Positions 18,726 to 28,725 of a DNA stretch of 64,000 nucleotides are shown piece after piece. Each line of letters starts with the position of its first letter. The first letter of the stretch is position 1. Location: contig CBDCCI010000001.1 in assembly GCA_965214705.1 (NCBI GenBank), positions 96,001 through 160,000 of the forward strand. Reading direction: 5' to 3'. The position numbers were made by a program, and so were the translations under genes. The notes beneath the pieces are model-generated. The model was not told the DNA's origin, did no database searches, and saw only the letters and a program-made list of their open reading frames with translations. The stretch is from Alphaproteobacteria bacterium (lineage in GTDB: Bacteria; Pseudomonadota; Alphaproteobacteria; UBA828).

Positions 18726-19931
18726 ATGCGGACGAGCAAACATCTCTACTTCCACCTTTCGCGACGCAACTTCATCAAGTGCGCGGCCGCGGGTACGGCC
18801 ATCGTCGGCGCGCCCGCCATTCTCAAGGGGCTCACCCGCAAGGCGATTGCCCAGGACGAAAACACCATCCGGCTCCTGATCACCGGCCCCACCCTCATCC
18901 CCGGCGACTGGAGCGCGTTCGAGAGGGAAACCGGCTTCAAGATGGAAGACACCGTGATCAAGGACGATCCCGGCATCTTCCTGACCGAAATTCTGGTGAA
19001 CGACGGCGGCGACCGCTTCGACATCATCGCCGCGCTCACGGGCGCCGAGCAGGACTTGATCGACGGCGAGGCGATCAAGCCGATCGAGACCTCGGCAGTC
19101 CCGAACTGGGGCGGCATTCCCGAGAGCATCACGCAAATGCCCTATCTCCAGCGCGACCTCGCGCCGGAAGGAGGCTACGTGTGGGGCGTTCCGCTGGCGA
19201 TGAACGCGGACAGCTTCGGCTATCTGCCCGAGAAGCTGAACGAGCCGCGCCCGCCGGAGGAAGCCTCCTGGTCGCTGGTCTACGAGAGCGAGAAGACCCT
19301 GGGCCGGTCCTCCACCGGCGACAACTACATCTACCTGTGGGAGGCGCTGGCTTATCTCAAGAATACGGGGCAGCTGGAGGTCGGTGACCTCCTCGATCCG
19401 TCACCGGAGGAGGCTGCGGCGACTGCGGACTTCCTGATCGAGCGCAAGCAGGCCGGGCAGTTCCGCAACTTCTGGAAGATCTTCGACGACCAGGTCTCCG
19501 ACATGAAGAACGGCGAGGTCGACGCCATCCGCTGCTGGGAGCCTGCGGTGCGCGAGGCCAACAAGGCTGGCGGCGACTGGGTCTATGCCAACGCCACGGA
19601 GTTCTACACCAAGTGGATGCACGCCTGTTACATCCCGACCCAGGTCCACGACCGCGGCAACCTCGAGCAGGTCCACGCGGCGCTCAACTGGATCCTGAGC
19701 GGCAGCTACGCCGCCGGGATCACGCCGTTGCGCGGCTACGTCACGGGTCGGCCCGATCTCGCCCCGCAGTACGCCGAAGAGAACGGCATGGGGCCTGAGG
19801 TGGGCGTTGCGATCGACGAGGCCTTGGCCAAGGTCAAGTTCAAGTTCGCCAAGGAGGACTTTTGGTTCAGCGCGGTGCCGTCGAACCTGCAGGAAATGCA
19901 GGCGCAGATGGACCGCGTGCTCAACGCCTAA
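18726..19931 (+). CDS. Tat-exported ABC substrate-binding protein (PotD/PotF-like)
   Basis: SRRNFIK twin-arginine signal; GGAGG RBS; first gene of an ABC operon. Confidence 0.8.
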   Translation: MRTSKHLYFHLSRRNFIKCAAAGTAIVGAPAILKGLTRKAIAQDENTIRLLITGPTLIPGDWSAFERETGFKMEDTVIKDDPGIFLTEILVNDGGDRFDIIAALTGAEQDLIDGEAIKPIETSAVPNWGGIPESITQMPYLQRDLAPEGGYVWGVPLAMNADSFGYLPEKLNEPRPPEEASWSLVYESEKTLGRSSTGDNYIYLWEALAYLKNTGQLEVGDLLDPSPEEAAATADFLIERKQAGQFRNFWKIFDDQVSDMKNGEVDAIRCWEPAVREANKAGGDWVYANATEFYTKWMHACYIPTQVHDRGNLEQVHAALNWILSGSYAAGITPLRGYVTGRPDLAPQYAEENGMGPEVGVAIDEALAKVKFKFAKEDFWFSAVPSNLQEMQAQMDRVLNA

Positions 19932-20011
19932 CGTTCGGCGCGCATTCGGGCCGGGCCCGTCCCGCTCCACGAGAGGGCGGGGCGGGCCTCGCCCATTTTG
20001 CCTTAGCCAGG

Positions 20012-20929
20012 ATGGCCGCCACGCTCACCGCCAACGACGACGTCCTGCGCCGCCTGCTGCCGCGCTTGCCGGCAGGCGTCTGGTCGCTCTCGGGCTTCAC
20101 CGTCGTCTGGTTCGGCGGCATCGTCATCCCACTGCTCGCCATCATCCTGGTCTCGTTCTTCCAGGGCCGCGGGATCAGGATCAACCTCGACCCCACCTTC
20201 CTGCAATACGAGCGATTCTTCTCCTACGGCGGCAGCGATCTGCTTGCGCGTTCGGTGCGCATCGCGGCAACGATGACGTTCATCGAACTCATGATCGCGT
20301 TCCCCTTCGCGCTTTGGCTCGCGAAGGGCTGCAAGAACAACATGGTGCGCCTCCTCACCTTCACCGCGCTCACCGTGCCGTTCTTCCTGAGCCCAGCGGC
20401 GCGCGTCATCGTCTGGCGCTCGGTCTTCGGCATCAACGGTGTGGTGAATCAGGCGCTGCTCGCGACCGGCGCGGTGGACGAGCCCGTGACCTGGCTGATC
20501 TTCTCCGAGTTCGCCGTGCACTTCGGCTTCCTCGGCGCCTTCTTCCCTACCATGGTGTGGCCGATCTTTCTCTCCATCAGCCTGATCGATAACGACTTCC
20601 TTGAAGCCAGCAACGACCTCGGCGCCAATCGCTTCAGGACGCTCGTGCACGTCATCTTCCCGCTCGCGCTGCCGGGCGTCGTCGCCGGCATCGTCTTCAC
20701 CTTCATCCCGATGCTGGGCGACACGGTGGTGGCGCAGCACATGGGCGGCAACAACGTGCTGATGTTGAGCGCGCAAGTTCAGAGTCTGATCGGAGTCTCG
20801 AACTTCCTGGTCGCGGCGGCGCTCGCAGCGGTTGTGCTCGGCATCATGCTAGCCTTCCAGGTCCTGCTCTGGACTGCGCTTAAGCCAGTGGGCGGGCTCA
20901 ACGAAGTTTTCGCGAACCTGCGCCGATGA
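20012..20929 (+). CDS. ABC permease (PotB-like)
   Basis: Hydrophobic; EASNDLGANRF EAA loop. Confidence 0.85.
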   Translation: MAATLTANDDVLRRLLPRLPAGVWSLSGFTVVWFGGIVIPLLAIILVSFFQGRGIRINLDPTFLQYERFFSYGGSDLLARSVRIAATMTFIELMIAFPFALWLAKGCKNNMVRLLTFTALTVPFFLSPAARVIVWRSVFGINGVVNQALLATGAVDEPVTWLIFSEFAVHFGFLGAFFPTMVWPIFLSISLIDNDFLEASNDLGANRFRTLVHVIFPLALPGVVAGIVFTFIPMLGDTVVAQHMGGNNVLMLSAQVQSLIGVSNFLVAAALAAVVLGIMLAFQVLLWTALKPVGGLNEVFANLRR

Positions 20930-21828
20930 CGATGACCGCGCACGCCTCCGAAACGATTACCTATGCGCAGGTGCGCCCGCCGTTCTGGCGGCGTTTCATG
21001 GACGGCCTGCCGCGGGGCACCGGCCTCTTCTTCGGCTACGGGGTGCTCTTCATCCTCTATCTGCCGATCGTCTGGCTGATGATCCTCTCCATCAGCGGCG
21101 AGCCGCTCACGGGTATTCCCGGTGAGTGGACGCTCACCTGGTACGAGGACGTGATCTACGCCGACATCGCCCAGCGCGACGGCGAGGCCTACGGCAGCAA
21201 CTTCCGGGTCGGCAATCCGCTGCTGCTCTCGATCGGGCTTGCCTTCGCCACCTCGGCGGCGTGCGTGATCGGCGCACTGATCGTGGGGCCGGTGCTGCCC
21301 CGGGTGAAGCGGCGCGGGCCGCTGCTCATCGGCTTTCTCATGCCGCTGATGGTGCCGGGCATCGTCGCCGGCGTCGGGCTCTTCATGTGGTACCGGCTGG
21401 TGATCAACGTGAAGATGGGCGTGTGGTCGCTGGCGCTGGCCCATTTCGTCTGGGCCTTTCCTTTCGCACTGCTGGCGATGCTGGTGGTGGCTTCGCGCTT
21501 CGACACGCGGCTGATGGAGGCCGCCGAAGACCTTGGCGCGAGCCGCTGGCAGCGCTTCTGGCAGATCGAGGTGCCGATCCTGAAGCCCGGCATTTTCGCG
21601 GCAGGCTTCTTCGGCTTCCTGCTGTCGTTCAACGAGCTGCCCTTCAGCATCTTCATGCGTGCGGGACAGGACACACTGCCGCTCTATCTGTGGATACAAT
21701 CGGGCGCGCACAACACGACCGTGCCCCTGATCTATGCGATGAGTACGCTGGTGACGATCGTGAGCATCGGGTTGACCTTCCTCGCGATCAAGCTTGCCTT
21801 CGGAGGAGGCAAAGATGGCAAACAGTGA
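20926..21828 (+). CDS. ABC permease (PotC-like)
   Basis: EAAEDLGASRW, FLLSFNE; ATGA overlap with the upstream gene. Confidence 0.85.
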   Translation: MTMTAHASETITYAQVRPPFWRRFMDGLPRGTGLFFGYGVLFILYLPIVWLMILSISGEPLTGIPGEWTLTWYEDVIYADIAQRDGEAYGSNFRVGNPLLLSIGLAFATSAACVIGALIVGPVLPRVKRRGPLLIGFLMPLMVPGIVAGVGLFMWYRLVINVKMGVWSLALAHFVWAFPFALLAMLVVASRFDTRLMEAAEDLGASRWQRFWQIEVPILKPGIFAAGFFGFLLSFNELPFSIFMRAGQDTLPLYLWIQSGAHNTTVPLIYAMSTLVTIVSIGLTFLAIKLAFGGGKDGKQ

Positions 21829-22984
21829 CGTGACCGCGCCGCGCGCCGCCGTCGGCAATGGCGATCAGATCCTGCATGTGGAGCACGCGACCCACCGTTT
21901 CGGCGATGTGGTCGCGCTCGACGACGTGTCGATCACGGCGCGGCGGGGCGAGTTCCTCACCCTGCTGGGAGAAAGCGGTTCAGGCAAGACGACGCTGCTC
22001 AGAATCGTCGCCGGACTCGAGCGCCCGACCCGGATCGCGCGTATCGCCATCGACGGCGAGGATGTCTCCGCTATCCCGGCTTCGCGCCGCAACTGCACCA
22101 CCGTGTTCCAGCACTACGCGCTCTTCCCCCACATGTCGGTCGGGCAGAACGTCGAGTACGGGCTCCGCGTGCGCGGCATCGACAGGGATCAGCGCCGCAA
22201 GCGGGCGGAAGACGCCCTCGCCCTGGTCCGCCTGCTGGACAAGTACGGCCGCCGCGTCCACCAGCTTTCCGGCGGCGAGCGCCAGCGGGTGGCGCTGGCG
22301 CGCGCGCTGGTGACGCAGCCCGCGATCCTGCTGCTCGACGAGCCGCTCGGCGCGCTCGACGAGAAGCTGCGCGTCGACATGCAGGTGGAGCTCCTCGACC
22401 TCCACGAGAAGCTCGGCCTCACCTTCATATACGTCACCCACAGTCAGGAAGAGGCGCTCACCATGAGCGACCGGATCATCCTGATGCGGCGCGGGCGCAT
22501 CGTGCAGGAAGGGCCACCCACCGACCTCTTCGACCGGCCTGCGAGCCGCTTCGTCGCGGACTTCATGGGGGTGGAGAACCTGCTGGAAGGGACCATCGAG
22601 AGCGTGCGGAACGGCACGGCCAGCGTGCGCATCGGTGGACACGTGATCAGCGGCGCCTGGAGCGGCACCGGCTTGGCCGAGAGAGGCGCGCCCGCCTGCG
22701 TCGCTGTGCGGGCGGAGCGAATCAGGCTCGCACCGCGCGGTGCGACCGTCGACGAGCCCGGCGTCAACGCGCTGCCCTGCACCAGCGGGGCAACGATTTA
22801 CAAAGGCAAATATCTCGACCAGACGCTCGATACCGACATCGGCCCGGTCAAGGCGCGGATCTGGGATCGCGGCGTCGACGTCACCGATCTGGAGGCGCTC
22901 TGGTGGCGGGAATCGGAATGCGCCATCACCTCGGCCGAGAACGGGGCGGGCGCCGAAGCAGGCGAGGAGGCCGACGCCGCCTGA
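21815..22984 (+). CDS. ABC ATP-binding protein (PotA-like)
   Basis: GESGSGKT, VFQHYALFPH, LSGGERQR, LLDEPLGALD. Confidence 0.9.
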   Translation: MANSDVTAPRAAVGNGDQILHVEHATHRFGDVVALDDVSITARRGEFLTLLGESGSGKTTLLRIVAGLERPTRIARIAIDGEDVSAIPASRRNCTTVFQHYALFPHMSVGQNVEYGLRVRGIDRDQRRKRAEDALALVRLLDKYGRRVHQLSGGERQRVALARALVTQPAILLLDEPLGALDEKLRVDMQVELLDLHEKLGLTFIYVTHSQEEALTMSDRIILMRRGRIVQEGPPTDLFDRPASRFVADFMGVENLLEGTIESVRNGTASVRIGGHVISGAWSGTGLAERGAPACVAVRAERIRLAPRGATVDEPGVNALPCTSGATIYKGKYLDQTLDTDIGPVKARIWDRGVDVTDLEALWWRESECAITSAENGAGAEAGEEADAA

Positions 22985-22995
22985 CCGATCCCCGA

Positions 22996-23385
22996 TCAGG
23001 CCTCGGCGGCGGCCAGCGCCTCGATCTCGATCAGCCAGCGCTCATCCGCGAGGCCGGCGACGATCAATAGCGTCGAGGCCGCCTGGTGGCCTTGCAGGTG
23101 ACGGTCCCTGATCTCCCGGTAGGACCCGAGGTGGGCGCGGTCCACCAGCAGCGCCCGCACGATCACCAGATTCGCCATGGTCATGTCGGCGGCGGCGAGC
23201 AGAGCTGCGATGTTGCGCCAGACCTGATCGCTCTGCGCCTCGAAGCCGTCTGCGAGCGTGCCGTCCGGCGCGGCGCCCACCTGGCCTGAGATGTGGAGCC
23301 AGCGCTTGCCGGGCCCCACCTCCGCCGCCTGGCTGTAGAACGACGCGGGCGCCACGACCGTATCCGGATTGTGTAGCGTAATCAT
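22996..23385 (-). CDS. Rid (YjgF/YER057c/UK114) family protein
   Basis: YSQA, LHISGQVG, ASTLLIVAGL, LIEIEA; lacks the catalytic Arg of RidA. Confidence 0.85.
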   Translation of the reverse strand: MITLHNPDTVVAPASFYSQAAEVGPGKRWLHISGQVGAAPDGTLADGFEAQSDQVWRNIAALLAAADMTMANLVIVRALLVDRAHLGSYREIRDRHLQGHQAASTLLIVAGLADERWLIEIEALAAAEA

Positions 23386-23566
23386 TGGGTTCTCCTTGGT
23401 AGGCGCCGCAGCGGCGCGACGAGTGATAGTGCCACGGTGGATGAGGTCCGGAGAAGGCACAGCAAATTCGAAGGAAGAAGGGCAGCGCCGGTCATTCGCA
23501 GTTCACTGAACCTCCGTCTCCCGGTATCGTTCACTCGGAGGGCGCGTTGTTTGCAACGTCCATCAG

Positions 23567-23839
23567 GTGATGGAGATGAAAATCACGGCAGCCAACATCG
23601 AGTCGGCGCTGGGAACGCTGCGGAATCTTCCGACCCCGGTCAGCGGCTGGGAAGTGGAAACAGGAATCGATTCAACGGACAAGCCCGCCGTGTGGGTGTG
23701 GGGTTATCTCACGGACGAAGAGGTGGATTTCGAGACTCGATCCCGGCTGCGGGACATGGTGCGCGATCTCGTCCGCCGCGAAACCGAGTCTGCAATCTGG
23801 GTCTATGTTCGCTTCCGAGGGGCTTCGGAGGCAGCCTAA
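23567..23839 (+). CDS. Small acidic protein, putative antitoxin partner of the HEPN protein
   Basis: About 90 aa, GIDSTDKPAVWVW..VYVRFR; ends 5 nt before the HEPN gene; start may be 23570 or 23576. Confidence 0.6.
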   Translation: MMEMKITAANIESALGTLRNLPTPVSGWEVETGIDSTDKPAVWVWGYLTDEEVDFETRSRLRDMVRDLVRRETESAIWVYVRFRGASEAA

Positions 23840-23844
23840 GTCTC

Positions 23845-24354
23845 GTGAGCCTGCATGTTGATTTGTTGCGTCAAGCCCGACAGCTCGCCGTCAAGGAACC
23901 GCGGCGGCCGTTGCAAGCGAGCCTGCGCCGAGCGATTTCGGCGTCCTACTACGCCCTCTTTCATCTGCTGGTCGACGAAGCGACAAAGCGCATGCTTCGC
24001 GGCAGCGACCGGGTCGCTCTCCGACGCTGCCTAGCGCGAGCGTTCGGCCATGCCGCAATGAGACAAGTCGCCCAGCAGTTTTCCGATTGCAACGTGTCGC
24101 CAAAGCTCTCTCCCGCGTTGGGTGGCCAAGCGTTGCAACCGGAACTCGTCCGGGTTGCGGGCGCGCTCGTCGAACTTCAGGAGGCCCGCCACCAAGCGGA
24201 CTACGATCCGGGGCATCGCTTTACGCGCCGCGAGGCTCTCGACTTGATTGGCCAGGCAGAACAGGCGTTTTCGGACTGGTCCAGTGTCCGCAGGAGTGTT
24301 CAGGCGGATACCTTCCTGACGGGTCTTCTTGCCTTTGGAAACATGCGCGGCTGA
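23845..24354 (+). CDS. HEPN-domain protein (putative toxin)
   Basis: RRAISASYYALFH helix and ARHQADY (Rx4Y) motif typical of HEPN; GTG start. Confidence 0.75.
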   Translation: MSLHVDLLRQARQLAVKEPRRPLQASLRRAISASYYALFHLLVDEATKRMLRGSDRVALRRCLARAFGHAAMRQVAQQFSDCNVSPKLSPALGGQALQPELVRVAGALVELQEARHQADYDPGHRFTRREALDLIGQAEQAFSDWSSVRRSVQADTFLTGLLAFGNMRG

Positions 24355-24398
24355 CGGATTTGCGAGGGCCGCTCCTCATTTGGCGCGGACCGCCCCGT

Positions 24399-25592
24399 TC
24401 ACACCATCGCGATCGCGTAGATCTCGTGCAGGTAGCCTTCGAGGTAGAGGCCGGTGCAGCCGATCGGGGTCCAGGCCGGGCAGCGGCCAGATTGGAACAG
24501 CTCGCTGCCCACCGCCATCACGGTCTCCCAGGCTCTGGGATCCTTATGGAATGAGACGATTTCCACAATGTCGTCGAGGCCTGCGCCGTGCTTCTCCAGC
24601 ACGCCCCGTATCTGGCCGAAGCAGTAGTGCGCCTGGGAGGCGACATCGCCGCGGGCGATGATGTTCTGCTGCCCGTCCGAGGCGACCTGGCCGGAGATGC
24701 CGATGAGCCGCCCGTGCGCCTTGCGGCTTGCGCCGGAGATACGCTGGTCGTGCCAATGGATGCTCGGCAGGTTGTAGGCGACCCGGGGGCCTTCACTAAA
24801 GTCCGCGATGGCCCGGTAGCAACCGACCTGGCCCATCCGATGCAGGCCGGTCATGCCGATCGCGGTGTAGGACGTGGCCTCGCCGATGGGGAGCCCCTCG
24901 ACGGTCTCGTTGCACCAGGTATCGACGGCGGCGTCCATGCCGCGGGCATCGTGGTTGAAGCAGATCATGTCGACGATATCGTCGAGCGAGCTGCCCGCCG
25001 CCTGCATCACATCCTTGAGCCGATCGTAGCAGAAACGCGCCTGCGCCATGTGGTTGGCGGGCGCCACCACCGCGCCGCCATCGTCGGCCGCCACGATGCC
25101 GCTGGTGAAGAGGTAGTCGCCCTTGCGACAGGCGGCCGAAATGGGAAGGTTCGCCATCCAACCGAAGCCCGCCGGGATCACGCCCTGCTTCTCGCCGGCA
25201 CCCACGTGGGCGACCACCCGCACGACGACCTCGAGACCGGGATCGTGCGCGCCCACCATGCCGAGGGCAGTCCACGCCGGGTAGGGCGTGGAGAACACCT
25301 CGCGGCCCACGGCGAAGACGGCGTCCATTGTGCGCGGGTCCTTGTGGAAGGTCATCACGTCGAGCACGTCGTCGATGCCCGCGCCCGCCGCCTCCAACAC
25401 CGCGCTGGCCCTGGCGAAAGCGTTCCGTGTCTGGGCCTGAACGTCGCCCGCGTCCGTCACCCGGCCGTCGTCGGTCGCGCTCCCCTGGCCCGAGAGGAAC
25501 AAGAGGTCGCCGACCCGGACCGCTGCCGAAGCCGGCCGGCCACTCATCCAGGCTTCGCTCGCGGGCGTGAGGTAAGTGCGATCGTCGGCCAT
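24399..25592 (-). CDS. Protein of three tandem Rid (YjgH-like) domains
   Basis: Three repeats: LFLSGQG/LFTSGIV/IGISGQV, FHKDPR/FNHDAR/FHKDPR, PAWTALG/TSYTAIG/PAWTPIG. Confidence 0.85.
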   Translation of the reverse strand: MADDRTYLTPASEAWMSGRPASAAVRVGDLLFLSGQGSATDDGRVTDAGDVQAQTRNAFARASAVLEAAGAGIDDVLDVMTFHKDPRTMDAVFAVGREVFSTPYPAWTALGMVGAHDPGLEVVVRVVAHVGAGEKQGVIPAGFGWMANLPISAACRKGDYLFTSGIVAADDGGAVVAPANHMAQARFCYDRLKDVMQAAGSSLDDIVDMICFNHDARGMDAAVDTWCNETVEGLPIGEATSYTAIGMTGLHRMGQVGCYRAIADFSEGPRVAYNLPSIHWHDQRISGASRKAHGRLIGISGQVASDGQQNIIARGDVASQAHYCFGQIRGVLEKHGAGLDDIVEIVSFHKDPRAWETVMAVGSELFQSGRCPAWTPIGCTGLYLEGYLHEIYAIAMV

Positions 25593-25614
25593 CGGTGAAT
25601 ACTCCTCTCGGCGG

Positions 25615-27336
25615 TCAGGGGCGCCGGATGAACGGCAGCTCGATGAAAGAGGGGCGGGCCCCGTCGTGGAACACGGTCTGGTGCGCGGGCTGGAGGTCGA
25701 AGGCGTGCTCGCCGCCGATCGGCCCGCCGGTGTTGGGGTTGCGGTCGAAGGCCGGGTAGTTGCTGCTCGACACCTCGACCCGGACGCGATGCCCGGCGCG
25801 GAAGACGTGGCAGATCACGCCGACATCGATGGCGAATTCGTAGACACGGTGGGGCTCCAGCGGCACCTCGCGCTCCCGGCTCTCGCGGAAGCGGCCCCGG
25901 ATCACGCCCTCGAACAGGTTGATCGAACGCCCGTCGGGCTCCACGTCGCAGAGCTTCACCGTGAAGTCGGTGTCGGCGGCGCTGGTCGCGGCACTCAGCC
26001 GCGCGGTGACAGCGCCGGCGGCGAAGCAGGGCGCATCCAGCGGCACCGACGTATAGACCAGCACGTCGTTCCGATACTCCACCGGGCGCTGGTCCATCGG
26101 CCCCATGGGTGCGGTCTGCGGCAGGCAGCAGGAATGGCCGCCCATGCTCGGCACCGGATCGAACGGGTTGTAGATGAAGAAATCTGGCGCCTCGTCGCCC
26201 GGCGGCTCCCGGTCCAGCGTCCCGTCCCCGCTCAGCGAGTTGGCGCGGCCGCCGCTACGCAAGTACCAGCGCTCGGAGCCGGTGCCGGCGAGCGGCCAGG
26301 CGTCGGCATCGTGCCAGCGGTTCTCCCCCGTGATGAAGACGCGCACGGGCGGCAGCGCCTCCAGCGCGGAGCGGTCGTCCTTCAGCCAGGCGTCGAACCA
26401 GGCACGCTCGTAGACGCTGACGGTGTTCTTCGCCTCGTCGCCGAAGTCGATGGCGCCGACCTGCTGGGTCCACGGGATGTGATACCAGGGGCCGACGATC
26501 AAGCGGTGCTCGGTGCGGCCAGCGGCGCTCAGCGCCTCGTAGGCTGCGATGGTCTGGGGGATGAAGCTGTCGTACCAGCCGCTGACGTGGAGGCAGGGCA
26601 CGTCGATCTGCCCGAGCCGGGGCGCAAGCTCCCATTCCTGCCAATACGCGTCGTGGGCGGGGTGGTCTACGTAGTCCTTGAGGAAGGGCATGAGGTCCGG
26701 CGTCTCGAGGAAAGGGATGTCCCTGAGCCCGAGCGCCGCCGGCCAGCGGCCGCAGGCCGCCTGCGCCGCGCCGAGGGCACCGAGCACTTCCCTGTCGTTC
26801 CGCCTACGCGCTGCGTCGCCCGCGAGGATGAGCGCCCAGTCCATCACCGCTGCAAGCCCGAAGGTGCCGCCCACATGGGTGAAGCCCTCGTACATGCCGC
26901 CCGGATAGAAGCCAGGCACGGCGGCGGCGAGGTGCGGGGGCTTGAGCGCGGCGGCGAGCAGTTGATTCACGCCGGGAATGGAGAATCCGAAGCTCCCCAC
27001 CCGGCCGTTGCACCAGGACTGCGCCGCGCACCACTCGATTGTGTCGTAGCCGTCCTCGGCATCGAGACGGAGCGGGTAGAACTCGCCCTCCGAGGCGTAG
27101 CGTCCACGGGTGTCCTCGATCACCACGGCATAGCCGTGCCGCGCATAGACCGCAGGGTGGTCGTAGACGTAGGTTTGGGCGACGCGCTTGTCGTAGGGCT
27201 GGCGCTGGACCAGGGCTGGAACCGGCCCGCCCGAGGCCGGCCGGTAGATGTCGCACGCGAGATGCACGCCGTCCCGCATCCGCACCATGACATCGGTCTC
27301 GACCACGATGCCTGCGGCCTCGCGCGCGTCCATCAT
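25615..27336 (-). CDS. CocE/NonD-family serine hydrolase (cocaine esterase-like)
   Basis: MRDGVHLACDIYRP, RQPYDK, DTRGRYASEG, GFSIPG nucleophile, GWYD, GPWYH. Confidence 0.9.
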   Translation of the reverse strand: MMDAREAAGIVVETDVMVRMRDGVHLACDIYRPASGGPVPALVQRQPYDKRVAQTYVYDHPAVYARHGYAVVIEDTRGRYASEGEFYPLRLDAEDGYDTIEWCAAQSWCNGRVGSFGFSIPGVNQLLAAALKPPHLAAAVPGFYPGGMYEGFTHVGGTFGLAAVMDWALILAGDAARRRNDREVLGALGAAQAACGRWPAALGLRDIPFLETPDLMPFLKDYVDHPAHDAYWQEWELAPRLGQIDVPCLHVSGWYDSFIPQTIAAYEALSAAGRTEHRLIVGPWYHIPWTQQVGAIDFGDEAKNTVSVYERAWFDAWLKDDRSALEALPPVRVFITGENRWHDADAWPLAGTGSERWYLRSGGRANSLSGDGTLDREPPGDEAPDFFIYNPFDPVPSMGGHSCCLPQTAPMGPMDQRPVEYRNDVLVYTSVPLDAPCFAAGAVTARLSAATSAADTDFTVKLCDVEPDGRSINLFEGVIRGRFRESREREVPLEPHRVYEFAIDVGVICHVFRAGHRVRVEVSSSNYPAFDRNPNTGGPIGGEHAFDLQPAHQTVFHDGARPSFIELPFIRRP

Positions 27337-27484
27337 TTCACCCCTCCCTGCTGGCGCGGGAGCGTAGCCCATCTTGGGCTGCCGGTCGAAACGGGCCGCA
27401 ATTGACTCGTCCCGGCTGCGGGCGGCACACTCTAAAGACGAGGATCATCCGGTGATTTGCAATGCGAACAAGGGAGGGAGACAG

Positions 27485-28624
27485 GTGAGAATCAGGGCAA
27501 CGAAACGCCTCGCCCGCTGGGCGATTGCCGCCGGCGCGGGCATAGCACTCGCCGCCAGCGTGACCGCCGACAAGGCCGAGGCCAAGACCGAGGACGGCAA
27601 GTTCCTCGTCTATTACAGCATGAGCTATGTCGGCAACGCCTGGCAGACGGAGGCCAAGAACACCGTCATCGCCATGGCCAAGGCGCCGCAGTATCGCGAT
27701 CGGGTCGAGCTCCGGGTCCAGGCGTCCGGCCCCGACGCCCAAAAACAGATCCAGCAGATGAACGCGATGATCGCGGCCGGCGCGGACGCCATCGTGGCCT
27801 TCCCGATCTCGCCGACGGCGCTCAACAAGGTCATCAGGAACGCGTGCAACAAGGGCGTGGTCGTGGCCGTGATCAACGGCGTGACCGAGCCCTGCGCCTA
27901 TGTCGTGAAGATCGACGGCGTGGCGCTCGGCGACTACCGCACCCAGTACGTGATCGACCAGATGGGCGGCAAGGGCAACATCGTCGCGATCACCGGCGTG
28001 CCCGGCGTCTCCTACGGCGAGGATCACCACAAGGGCTTCAAGCAGGCCGTAGAACGGCACCCCGAGGTCAATGTGCTGGCCGAGCTCGTGGGCATGTGGA
28101 GCCACTCCGAAGCCCGCCTCAAGATGCGCGAGCTGCTGGCCACCAAGAGCTGGGCCGACATCGACGGCATCGTGGCGCAGACCGGCTGCTACACGGTCTC
28201 CCAGATGCAGGTGGAGGACGGCTGGTGGCCGGACAATCCGATCATCCCGTGCGCGGGCGAGTCAGCGAACGGCAATCGGCTGCAGATGCTGCCGGTCGAT
28301 TCCGGAATCGAAGGCGCGCTGGGCAAGAAGGGCCAGTCCATCGGCTCCGGCCTCTGGGCGGTTTCCTACACCTTCAAGACCGCCATGGAGGTGCTCGACG
28401 GCAACGAGGACGTGCCGCATCTCAGGTGGTACACCGGGGTCGAGGTCACGCAGGACAACGTGAAACTCTGCGAGAACGGCACGGCGGAGGAGTTCGCGGC
28501 GGGCTGCAACACCATCAAGCCCGGCATCGTCCCGCCTGACTATGCCATCGATTTCTGGTCGCCCCAGGTGCCCGAGCTCGGCTTCCGCGCGGCCACCGAA
28601 GGGATGCTGGACGACGAAACCTGA
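27485..28624 (+). CDS. Sugar-type (RbsB-like) ABC substrate-binding protein
   Basis: Signal peptide; SMSYVGNAWQ, QIQQMNAMIAAGADAIV; GGGAG RBS before GTG. Confidence 0.82.
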   Translation: MRIRATKRLARWAIAAGAGIALAASVTADKAEAKTEDGKFLVYYSMSYVGNAWQTEAKNTVIAMAKAPQYRDRVELRVQASGPDAQKQIQQMNAMIAAGADAIVAFPISPTALNKVIRNACNKGVVVAVINGVTEPCAYVVKIDGVALGDYRTQYVIDQMGGKGNIVAITGVPGVSYGEDHHKGFKQAVERHPEVNVLAELVGMWSHSEARLKMRELLATKSWADIDGIVAQTGCYTVSQMQVEDGWWPDNPIIPCAGESANGNRLQMLPVDSGIEGALGKKGQSIGSGLWAVSYTFKTAMEVLDGNEDVPHLRWYTGVEVTQDNVKLCENGTAEEFAAGCNTIKPGIVPPDYAIDFWSPQVPELGFRAATEGMLDDET

Positions 28625-28725
28625 GGGATCGGCGGCTCGTCCGCCATGATCCATGACGACTGCTGCGCCGGGGCCGGCCGCGAGTCTGGCAGAGCCCCGG
28701 CGCACATTTCTTCGCGCGGGCACGC

